From: the human T2T-CHM13v2.0 reference genome, Homo sapiens
DNA: 64,000 nt
Assembly (NCBI RefSeq): GCF_009914755.1
Contig: NC_060941.1
Direction: 5' to 3' (one strand)
Shown here: one piece after another, positions 1 through 12,469 of the stretch
How positions within the stretch are numbered: position 1 is the stretch's first letter
Layout: every line of letters begins with the position of its first letter
Notes under the pieces: generated by a model
Seen by the model: only the letters and a program-made list of their open reading frames with translations
Told to the model about the DNA's origin: nothing
Database searches by the model: none
Translations under genes and position numbers: made by a program

Positions 1-999
1 TTGCATTCCACTCGCCTTGATTCCATTCTATTCTATTCTATTCCATTCCATTCCATTCCATTCCACTAGGTTTGATTCCATTCCATTCCATTCCATTCCA
101 TTCCATTCCATTCCATTGCATTCCATTGCATTCCATTCCATTCCATTCCATTCCATTCCATTCCATTCCAATACAGTTCATTCCATTCCATTCCATTCCA
201 TTTCTTTCCATTACATTCCATTCCATTCCACACGGGTTGATTCAGTTCTATTCCATTCCATTAAATTCCATTCCACTTGGGTTGATTCAATTCCATTCTA
301 TTCCGTTCCATCGCACTCCATTCCATTCCATTCCATTCCATTCCATTCCATTCCATTCCACTCCATTCCATTCCATTCCATTCCATTCCATTCCATTCCA
401 TTGCATTACAGTTGATTCCATTCCATTCCATTCCATTCCATTCCATTCCATTCCATTCTATTCCATTCGAGTCCAATAGATTCAATTCCATTCTATTCCA
501 CTCCATTCTATTCCATTTCATTCAATTAAATTCCATTCCACTAGGCTTGATTCAATTCTATTCCATTCCATTCCACTCCATTCCATTCCACTAGGTTTGA
601 TTCAATTCCATTCCCTTCCGTTCCAATCCATTGCATTCCGTTCCATTCTATTAATTTCCTTTGCATTCCACTCGGGTTGATTCTATTCCACTCTATTCCA
701 TTCCATTCCACACCATTCCATTCTATTCATTCCATTCCAGTCCACTTGGGTTCATCCAATTCCATTCTAATCCATTCCATTCCATTCCAATCCATTCCAC
801 TCCAGTCGGGTTGACTGAATTCCATTCTATTCATTTCCATTCCATTCCATTCCATTCCAATCCATTCCATTCCATTCCATTCCTTTCCGTTGCATTCCGT
901 TCCATTCCAATCCTTTCCATTCCATTCCATTCCATTCCATTCCACTCGGGTTGACTCCATTCCATTCCATTCCAATCCATTCCGTTCCATTCCATTCCA

Positions 1000-3900
1000 C
1001 TCGGGTTGATACCAGTCCATTCCATTCCATTCCATTCCATTCCATTCCATTCGATTTCAGTTGATTCTATTCCTTTCTATTCCATTAAATGCCATTCCAT
1101 TCCATTGCATTTCATTCCAGTTAAATCCGTTATATTCCATTCCATTCCATTCCACCCGGGTTCATTCCATTCTGTTGTATTCCATTCCATTCCATTCTAT
1201 TCCATACCATTCCATTCCATGGCATTCCACTAGGGTTGATTCTATTCCATTCTGTTCCATTGCATTCCATTCCGCTCCGTTCCATTCCATTGCATTCCAC
1301 TCGGGTTGATTCAATTCCATTCTATTCCATTCCATTCCATTCCTTTCCACGCGAGTTGATAAAATTCCATTCTATTCCTTTCCTTTCAATTCCATTCCAT
1401 TCCATTCCACTCTGGTTGATTACATTCCATTCCATGCCGTTCTATTCCACTCGGTGTGATTCCTTTCCATTCCATTCCCTTCCATTTCAATCCATTGCTT
1501 TCCTTTCCAGTCCAATTAATAAAATTCCATTCTATTCGATTCCATTCCTTTCCATTCCATTCCATTCCATTCCATTCCAGTTGATTCCATTCCATTCCTT
1601 TCGATTCCATTCCATTCCATTCCATTCCATTCCACTCGGGTTGATTCCATTCCATTCCAGTCCATTCCATTCCACTCGGATGGGTTCCATTCCATTCCAT
1701 TCCATTCCGTTCCACTCGGGTTGATTCCGTTCCAATCGATTCCATTCCAATCCATTCCATTCCAATCCATTCCTTTCCGTTCCATTCCATTCCATTCCAT
1801 TCCATTCCATTCTATTCCGTTCCATTGCACTAGTTTTGTTTCCATTCCAGTCCATTCCATTCCATTCAAATCCATTCCATTCCACTCCATTCCACTAGGA
1901 TTGATTCAATTCCATTCTATTCCATTCCATTCCATTCCTTTCCATTCCATTAGAATGCATTCCACTCAAGTTGATTCCATTCCATTCCATTCCATTGCAT
2001 TCCATTCCATTGCACTCCATTCCATTCCTTTCCACTCGTGTTGATTCCATTCCGTTCCATTCCATTCCAATACATTCCATTCCATTCCATTCCATTCGAT
2101 TCCATTCCACTGGGGTTGGTTCCATTGCATTCCATTCCATTCCATACCATTCCATTCCATTCCAGTTGATGCAAATACTTTCTATTCGATTCAATTCCAT
2201 TCCATTCCACTCCGTTCCCTTCCATTCTATTCCATTCCACTGCATTCCATTCCATTCCAGTTGATTCAATACCATTCTCTTCCGTGCAATTCCATTCGAT
2301 TTCACTCCATTCGATTTCATTGCATTCCACTCGGGTAGATTCCATTCCATTTCATTCCATTCCATTCCATTCCATTCATTTCCAGTTGATTCCCTTCCAT
2401 TCCATTCCATTATATTCCACTCAGGTTGTTTCCATCGCATTCCATTCCATTCCATTCCATTCTATTCCATTCCACTCCAGTTGAATCAATTTGATTCTAT
2501 TCCATATCATTCCATTCCATTCCATTCCATTCCATTCCATTCCATTCCATTCCATTCCACCCTGGTTGATTAAATTCCATTCCATTCCATTCCATTCCAA
2601 TTGATTCAATTCCATTCTATTTCATGTCACTCCATTCCATTGCATTCCATTGGTTTCCATTCCATTCCACTCCACATGATTCATTTCCATTCTATTCCAC
2701 TCCATTCCATTCCAATCCATTCCAGTTGATTCAATTCCATTCTATTCAATTTCATTCAATTCCATTCCATTCCATTCCATTCCATTCCATTCCATTCCAT
2801 TCCATTCCATACCATTCCTTTCCATTCCATTCCATTCCGTTCCAGTTGATTCAATTCCATTCTGTTCCTTTCCATTCTATTTCATTCGATTCCATTCGAT
2901 TCCATTCCAATCCATTTCAATCTGTTCCATTTCAATGCATTCCTTTCCATTCCATGCCATTCCACTGAGGTTGATTCAATTCCATTCTATTCCATTCCAT
3001 TCCATTCCATGCCATTCCATTCCATTCCAGTTGATTCAATTCCATTATATTCCATTCCATGCCATTCCTTTCCATTCCATTCCATGCCATTCCTTTCCAT
3101 TCCATTCCATTCCAGTTGAATCCTTTCCATTCCATTCCATTCCATTCCATTCCATTCCACACTGGTTGATTAAATTCCATTCCATTCCATTCCATTCCAA
3201 TTGATTCAATTCCATTCTATTTCATGTCACTCCATTCCATTGCATTCCATTGGTTTCCATTCCATTCCATTCCACTCCACATGATTCATTTCCATTCCAT
3301 TCCAATCCATTCCAGTTGATTCAATTCCATTCTATTCAATTTCATTCCATTCCATTCCATTCCATTCCATTCCATTCCATTCCATTCCATTCCATTCCAG
3401 TTGATGCAATTCCATTGTATTCCATTCCATTCTATTCCATTCTATTACATTCCGTTCCGTTCGTTTGATTGGCATTGCATTCCACTGCATTCCATTCCAT
3501 TCCATTCCATTCTACTCGGGTTGATTCAATTCCATTCTATTGCTTTCCATTCCATTCCAATCCATTCCGTTCCATTGCAGTTGATTGAATTCTATTGTAA
3601 TTCATTGCTTTCCATTGCATTCCATTCCATCCCAGTTGATTTAATTCCATTGTATTCCATTCCATTGCATTCCATTCCATTCCAGTAGATTCAATTCCAT
3701 TCTTTTCCATTCCATTCCATTTCATTCCATTTCATTCCATTCCATTCCACTCGATTTGATTCAGTTCTATTTCATTCCATTAAATTCCATTCCACTAGGG
3801 TTGATTTATTTCCATTCTATTCCATTCCATCGCACTCCTTTCCATTCCATTCTATTCCATTCCATTCCATTCCATTCCATTCCATTCCACTGCATTCCAG

Positions 3901-6900
3901 TTGATTCCATTCCATTCCATTCCATTCTATTCCATTCAATTCGATTCGAGTCCAGGTGATTCAATTTCATTCTATTCCACTCCATTCTATACCATTTCAT
4001 TCCATTAAATTCCATTCCACTAGGCTTGATTCAATTCTGTTCCATTCCATTCCATTCCATTCCACTAGGTTTGATTCAATTCCATTCCCTTCCATTCCAA
4101 TCCATTCCATTCCATTCTATTCCTTTAAATTCCTTTGCTTTCTACTCGGGTTGATTCTATTCCATTCTTTTCCATTGCATTCCATACCGTTCCATTCCAT
4201 TCTACTCCACTCGGGTTCATCCAATTCCATTCCATTCCATTCCATTCCATTCCATTCCATTCCATTCCATTCCATTCCATTCCTTTCCAATCCATTCCAC
4301 TCCAGTCGGGTTGACTCAATTCCATTCTATTCATTTCCATTCCATTCCATTCCATTCCATTCCTTTCCATTCCATTCCATTCCATTCCATTCCATTCCAT
4401 TCCTTTCCATTCCATTACATTGCATTCCATTCCACTCGGGTTGATTGCATTCCATTCCATTCCATGTCATTCCAATCCATTCCATTCCATTGCATTCCAG
4501 TTGATTCAATTCCATACCATTCCATTCCATTCCATTCCATTCCATTGTGCTTCATTCCATTGCATTCCACTCGCCTTGATTCAATTCTATTCTATTCCAT
4601 TCCATTCCATTCCATTACACTCGGTTTGATTCCATTCCATTCCATTCCATTCCATTCCAGTTGATTCAATTCCGTTCTATTCCATTCTTTTTCATTCCAT
4701 TCCATTCCATTCCAATCCAGTTCATTCCATTCCAGTTCATTCCATTCCATTCCATTCCATTCCATTCCATTCCAGTTTATTCCATTCCACTCCATTCCCT
4801 TCCATTCGATTCCATTCCATTCCATTGCATACCATTCCATTCCACTCAGATTGATTGAATTCCAATCTATTTCATTCCATTCCATTCCATTCCTCTCGGG
4901 TTGATTCCATTCCATTCCATTCCTTACAATTCAAATCCATTCCGTTCCATTTGATTCAATTCCATTCTATTCCATGTCACTCGATTCCATTCCATTCCAT
5001 TCCAATCCATTCCATTCCTTTCCACTCTGTTTGATTCCATTCCATTCCTTGCCATTCGCTTCCATTCCATCCCATTCCACTGTGGTTGATTCCATTCCAT
5101 TCCATTCCATTCCATTCAGTTCCACTCCATTCGATTCCACTCGTGTTGATTCCATTCCATTCCATTCCATTGCATTCCATTCCATTCCAGTTGATTCATT
5201 TCAATTCCATTCCATTCCATTCCATTTCTTTCCATTTCATTCCATTCCATTCCACTCGGGTTGATTCAGTTCTATTCCATTACATTAAATTCCATTTTAC
5301 TTGGTTTGATTCTATTCCATTCTATTCCATTCCATCGCACTCCATTCCATTCCATTCCATTCCATTCCATTCCAGTTTATTCCATTCCACTCCATTCCCT
5401 TCCATTCGATTCCATTCCATTCCATTGCATACCATTCCATTCCACTCAGATTGATTGAATTCCAGTCTATTTCATTCCATTCCATTCCATTCCACTCGGG
5501 TTGATTCCATTCCATTCCATTCCTTACAATTCAAATCCATTCCGTTCCATTTGATTCAATTCCATTCTATTCCATTTCACTCGATTCCATTCCATTCCAT
5601 TCCAATCCATTCCATTCCTTTCCACTCTGTTTGATTCCATTCCATTCCTTGCCATTCGCTTCCATTCCATCCCATTCCACTGTGGTTGATTCCATTCAAT
5701 TCCATTCCATTCCATTCAGTTCCACTCCATTCGATTCCACTCGTGTTGATTCCATTCCATTCCATTCCATTGCATTCCATTCCATTCCAGTTGATTCAAT
5801 TCAATTCCATTCCATTCCATTCCATTTCTTTCCATTTCATTCCATTCCATTCCACTCGGGTTGATTCAGTTCTATTCCATTACATTAACTTCCATTCCAC
5901 TTGGTTTGATTCAATTCCATTCTATTCCATTCCATCGCACTCCATTCCATTCCATTCCATTCCATTCCATTCCATTCCGCTCCATTCCATTGCATTCCAC
6001 TCGCCTTGATTCCATTCTATTCTATTCCATTCCATTCCATTCCATTCCATTCCATTACACTCGGTTTGATTCCATTCCATTCCATTCCATTCCATTCCAT
6101 TCCATTCCATTCCATTCCATTCCATTCCAATACAGTTCATTCCATTCCATTCCATTCCATTTCTTTCGATTTCATTCCATTCCATTCCACTCGGGTTGAT
6201 TCAGTTCTATTCCATTCCATTAAATTCCATTCCACTTGGGTTGATTCAATTCCATTCTATTCCGTTCCATCGCACTCCATTCCATTCCATTCCATTACAT
6301 TGCATTCCATTCCATTGCATTCCATTCCATTCCATTCCATTGCATTACAGTTGATTCCATTCCATTCCATTCCATTCTATTCCATTCAATTCCATTCGAG
6401 TCCAGTTGATTCAATTCCATTCTATTCCACTCCATACTATTCCATTTCATTCAATTAAATTCCATTCCACTAAGCTTGATTCAATTCTATTCCATTCCAT
6501 TCCATTCCATTCCATTCCACTAGGTTTGATTCAATTCCATTCCCTTCCGTTCCAATCCATTCCATTCCGTTCCATTCTTTTAATTTCCTTTGCATTCCAC
6601 TCGGGTTGATTCTATTCCACTCTATTCCATTCCATTCCACACCATTCCATTCTATTCATTCCATTCCAGTCCACTTGGGTTCATCCAATTCCATTCTAAT
6701 CCATTCCATTCCATTCCAATCCATTCCACTCCAGTCGGGTTGACTGAATTCCATTCTATTCATTTCCATTCCATTCCATTCCATTCCATTCCATTCCATT
6801 CCATTCCTTTCCGTTGCATTCCGTTCCATTCCAATCCTTTCCATTCCATTCCATTCCATTCCATTCCACTCGGGTTGACTCCATTCCATTCCATTCCAAT

Positions 6901-6930
6901 CCATTCCGTTCCATTCCATTCCCCTCAGGT
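1000..6930 (+). repeat. Long-cycle unit, 5.9-kb variant (5.3-kb unit plus internal duplications)
   Basis: The marker GCGAGTTGATAAAATT occurs at 1351 and next at 7265 (5914 bp). The unit contains a 600-bp tandem duplication and a ~0.3-kb ectopic insert. Confidence 0.8.
4771..5970 (+). repeat. 600-bp direct tandem duplication
   Basis: TCCAGTTTAT at 4771/5371, CTCAGATTGATTGAA at ~4845/5445 and CCTTACAATTCAAAT at 4922/5522. Lines 4801 and 5401 are identical. Confidence 0.92.
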
Positions 6931-9900
6931 TGATAGCAGTCCATTCCATTCCATTCCATTCCATTCGATTTCAGTTGATTCTATTCCTTTCTATTCGATT
7001 AAATGCCATTCCATTCCATTCCATTACATTCCAGTTAAATCCGTTATATTCCATTCCATTCCATTCCACTCGGGTTCATTCCATTCTGTTGTATTCCATT
7101 CCATTCCATTCTATTCCATACCATTCCATTCCATTGCATTCCACTCGGGTTGATTCTATTCCATTCTGTTCCATTGCATTCCATTCCGCTCCGTTCCATT
7201 CCATTGCATTCCATTCGGGTTAATTCAATTCCATTCTATTCCATTCCATTCCATTCCTTTCCACGCGAGTTGATAAAATTCCATTCTATTCCTTTCCTTT
7301 CAATTCCATTCCATTCCATTCCACTCTGGTTGATTACATTCCATTGCATGCCATTCTATTCCACTCGGTTTGATTCCTTTCCATTCCATTCCCTTCGATT
7401 TCAATCCATTGCTTTCCTTTCCATTCCAATTAATACAATTCCATTCTATTCGATTCCATTCCTTTCCATTCCATTCCATTCCATTCCATTCCATTCCAGT
7501 TGATGCAAATACTTTCTATTCGATTCAATTCCATTCCATTCCACTCCGTTCCCTTCCATTCTATTCCATTCCATTGCATTCCATTCCATTCCTGTTGATT
7601 CAATACCATTCTATTCTGTGCAATTCCATTCGATTCCACTCCATTCGATTTCATTGCATTCCACTCGGGTAGATTCCATTCCATTTCATTCCATTCCATT
7701 CCATTCATTTCCAGTTGATTCCCTTCCATTCCATTCCATTATATTCCACTCAGGTTGTTTCCATCGCATTCCATTCCATTCCATTCCATTCTATTCCATT
7801 CCACTCCAGTTGAATCAATTTGATTCTATTCCATATCATTCCATTCCATTCCATTCCATACCATTCCATTCCATTCCATTCCATTCCATTCCGTTCCAGT
7901 TGATTCAATTCCATTCTATTCCTTTCCATTCAATTTCATTCGATTCCATTCGATTCCATTCCACTCCATTCCAATCTGTTCCATTCCAATGCATTCCTTT
8001 CCATTCCATGCCATGCCACTGAGGTTGATTCAATTCCATTCTATTCCATTCCATGGCATTCCATTCCATTCCAGTTGATTCAATTCCATTATATTCCATT
8101 CCATGCCATTCCTTTCCATTCCATTCCATGCCATTCCTTTCCATTCCATTCCATTCCAGTTGAATCCTTTCCATTCCATTCCATTCCATTCCATTCCATT
8201 CCACACTGGTTGATTAAATTCCATTCCATTCCATTCCATTCCATTCCAATTGATTCAATTCCATTCTATTTCATGTCACTCCATTCCATTGCATTCCATT
8301 TGTTTCCATTTCATTCCATTCCACTCCACATGATTCATTTCCATTCTATTCCACTCCATTCCATTCCAATCCATTCCAGTTGATTCAATTCCATTCTATT
8401 CAATTTCATTCCATTCCATTCCATTCCATTCCATTCCATTCCAGTTGATGCATTTCCATTGTATTCCATTCCATTCTATTCCATTCCATTACATTCCGTT
8501 CCGTTCGTTTGATTGGCATTGCATTCCACTGCATTCCATTCCATTCCATTCCATTCCATTCTACTCGGGTTGATTCAATTCCATTCTATTGCTTTCCATT
8601 CCATTCCCATCCATTCCATTCCATTGCAGTTGATTGAATTCTATTGTAATTCATTCCTTTCCATTCCATTCCATTCCATCCCAGTTGATTTAATTCCATT
8701 GTATTCCATTCCATTGCATTCCATTCCATTCCAGTAGATTCAATTCCATTCTTTTCCATTCCATTCCATTTCGTTCCATATCATTCCATTCCATTCCACT
8801 CGATTTGATTCAGTTCTATTTCATTCCATTAAATTCCATTCCACTAGGGTTGATTTATTTCCATTCTATTCCATTCCATCGCACTCCTTTCCATTCCATT
8901 CTATTGCATTCCATTCTGTTCCATTCCATTCCATTCCACTGCATTCCAGTTGATTCCATTCCATTCCATTCCATTCTATTCCATTCAATTCGTTTCGAGT
9001 CCAGGTGATTCAATTTCATTCTATTCCACTCCATTCTATACCATTTCATTCCATTAAATTCCATTCCACTAGGCTTGATTCAATTCTGTTCCATTCCATT
9101 CCTTTCCATTGCACTAGGTTTGATTCAATTCCATTCCCTTCCGTTCCAATCCATTCCATTCCATTCTATTCCTTTAAATTCCTTTGCTTTCTACTCGGGT
9201 TGATTCTATTCCATTCTTTTCCATAGCATTCCATACCATTCCATTCCATTCTACTCCACTCGGGTTCATCCAATTCCATTCCATTCCATTCCATTCCATT
9301 CCATTCCATTCCATTCTACTCCACTCGGGTTCATCCAGTTCCATTCCATTCCATTCCATTCCATTCCATTCCATTCCATTCCATTCCTTTCCAATCCATT
9401 CCACTCCAGTCGGGTTGACTCAATTCCATTCTATTCATTTCCATTCCATTCCATTCCATTCCATTCCATTCCATTCCATTCCATTCCATTCCATTCCTTT
9501 CCATTACATTACATTGCATTCCATTCCACTCGGGTTGATTGCATTCCATTGATTCCATGTCATTCCAATCCATTCCATTCCATTGCATTCCAGTTGATTC
9601 AATTCCATACCATTCCATTCCATTCCATTCCATTCCATTCCATTGTGCTCCATTCCATTGCATTCCACTCGCCTTGATTCAATTCTATTCTATTCCATTC
9701 CATTCCATTCCATTCCATTCCATTCCATTCCATTCCACTCGGTTTGATTCCATTCCATTCCATTCCATTCCATTCCATTCCATTCCATTCCAGTTGATTC
9801 AATTCCGTTCTATTCCATTCTTTTTCATTGCATTCCATTCCATTCCATTCCATTCCAATCCAGTTCATTCCATTCCAGTTCATTCCATTCCATTCCATTC

Positions 9901-11550
9901 CATTCCATTCCATTCCATTCCATTCCATTCCAGTTTATTCCATTCCACTCCATTCCCTTCCATTCGAGTCCATTCCATTCCATTTCATACCATTCCATTC
10001 CACTCAGATTGATTGAATTCCAATCTATTTCATTCCATTCCATTCCATTCCACTCGGGTTGATTCCATTCCATTCCATTCCTTACAATTCAAATCCATTC
10101 CCTTCCATTTGATTCAATTCCATTCCATTCCATTTCACTCGATTCCATTCCATTCCATTCCAATCCATTCCATTCCTTTCCACTCTGTTTGACTCCATTC
10201 CATTCCTTGCCATTCGGTTCCATTCCGTCCCATTCCACTGTGGTTGATTCCATTCCATTCCATTCCATTCCATTCCATTCAGTTCCACTCCATTCGATTC
10301 CACTCGTGTTGATTCCATTCCATTCCACTCCATTCCATTGTATTCCATTCCAGTTGATTCAATTCCATTCCATTCCATTCCGTTCCATTTCTTTCCATTT
10401 CATTCCATTCCATTCCACTCGGGTTGATTCAGTTCTATTCCATTACATTAAATTCCATTCCACTTGGTTTGATTCAATTCCATTCTATTCCATTCCATCG
10501 CACTCCATTCCATTCCATTCCATTCCATTCCATTCCATTCCATTCCATTCCATTCCATAACATTCCATTCCATTCCATTCCACTCCATTCCATTGCATTC
10601 CACTGGCCTTGATTCCATTCTATTCTATTCCATTCCATTCCATTCCATTACACTCGGTTTGATTCCATTCCATTCCATTCCATTCCATTCCATTCCATTC
10701 CATTCCATTCCTTTCCATTCCATTCCATTCCATTCCAATACAGTTCATTCCATTCCATTCCATTCCATTTCTTTCCATTTCATTCCATTCCTTTCCACTC
10801 GGGTTGATTCAGTTCTATTCCATTCCATTAAATTCCATTCCACTTGGGTTGATTCAATTCCATTCTATTCCGTTCCATCGCACTCCATTCCATTCCATTC
10901 CATTCCATTCCATTCCATTCCATTCCATTCCATTGCATTCCATTCCATTGCATTACAGTTCATTCCATTCCATTCCATTCCATTCCATTCTATTCCATTC
11001 AATTCCATTCGAGTCCAGTTGATTCAATTCCATTCTATTCCACTCCATTCTATTCCATTTCATTCAATTAAATTCCATTCCACTAGGCTTGATTCAATTC
11101 TATTCCATTCCATTCCATTCCATTCCATTCCACTAGGTTTGATTCAATTCCATTCCCTTCCGTTGCAATCCATTCCATTCCGTTCCATTCTTTTAATTTC
11201 CTTTGCATTCCACTCGGGTTGATTCTATTCCACTCTATTCCATTCCATTCCACACCATTCCATTCTATTCATTCCATTCCAGTCCACTTGGGTTCATCCA
11301 ATTCCATTCTAATCCATTCCATTCCATTCCAATCCATTCCACTCCAGTTGGGTTGACTGAATACCATTCTATTCATTTCCATTCCATTCCATTCCATTCC
11401 ATTCCATTCCATTCCATTCCATTCCATTCCATTCCGTTGCATTCCGTTCCATTCCAATCCTTTCCATTCCATTCCATTCCATTCCATTCCACTCGGGTTG
11501 ACTCCATTCCATTCCATTCCAATCCATTCCGTTCCACTCCATTCCACTCG
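6930..11550 (+). repeat. Long-cycle unit, 4.6-kb deleted variant
   Basis: Marker spacing 7265 to 11898 is 4633 bp. It lacks the CGGATGGGTT/ACTAGTTTTG/GGGGTTGG module present in other copies. Confidence 0.8.
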
Positions 11551-12469
11551 GGTTGATACCAGTCCATTCCATTCCATTCCATTCCATTCCATTCCATTCG
11601 ATTTCAGTTGATTCTATTCCTTTCTATTCGATTAAATGCCATTCCATTCCATTCCATTACATTCCAGTTAAATCCGTTATATTCCATTACATTCCATTCC
11701 ACTCGGGTTCATTCCATTCTGTTGGATTCCATTCCATTCCTTTCTATTCCATACCATTCCATTCCATTGCATTCCACTCGGGTTGATTCTATTCCATTCT
11801 GTTCCATTGCATTCCATTCCGCTCCGTTCCATTCCATTGCATTCCATTCGGGTTGATTCAATTCCATTCTATTCCATTCCATTCCATTCCTTTCCACGCG
11901 AGTTGATAAAATTCCATTCTATTCCTTTCCTTTCAATTCCATTCCATTCCATTCCACTCTGGTTGATTACATTCCATTCCATGCCATTCTATTCCACTCG
12001 GTTTGATTCCTTTCCATTCCATTCCCTTCCATTTCAATCCATTGCTTTCCTTTCCATTCCAATTAATACAATTCCATTCTATTCGATTCCATTCCTTTCC
12101 ATTCCATTCCATTCCATTCCATTCCATTCCATTCCAGTTGATTCCATTCCATTCCTTTCGATTCCATTCCATTCCATTCCATTCTATTCCATTCCATTCC
12201 ATTCCATTCCATTCCATTCCACTCGGGTTGATTCCATTCCATTCCAGTCCATTCCATTCCACTCGGATGGGTTCCATTCCATTCCAGTCCATTCCATTCC
12301 ACTCGGATGGGTTCCATTCCATTCCATTCCATTCCTTTCCATTCCATTCCGTTCCACTCGGGTTGATTCCATTCCATTTCATTCCTTTCCATTCCATTCC
12401 ATTCCATTCCACTCGGGTTGATTCAATTCCATTCTATTCCATTCCATTCCGTTCCATTCCATTCCACTC

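Noticed and set aside
2599-2611. AATTGATTCAATT palindrome and frequent TGATTCAATT as DUX-like or heat-shock elements
   Set aside because: These are only partial matches that arise naturally from decamer-pentamer junctions. There are no canonical three-unit inverted nGAAn arrays and no independent support.
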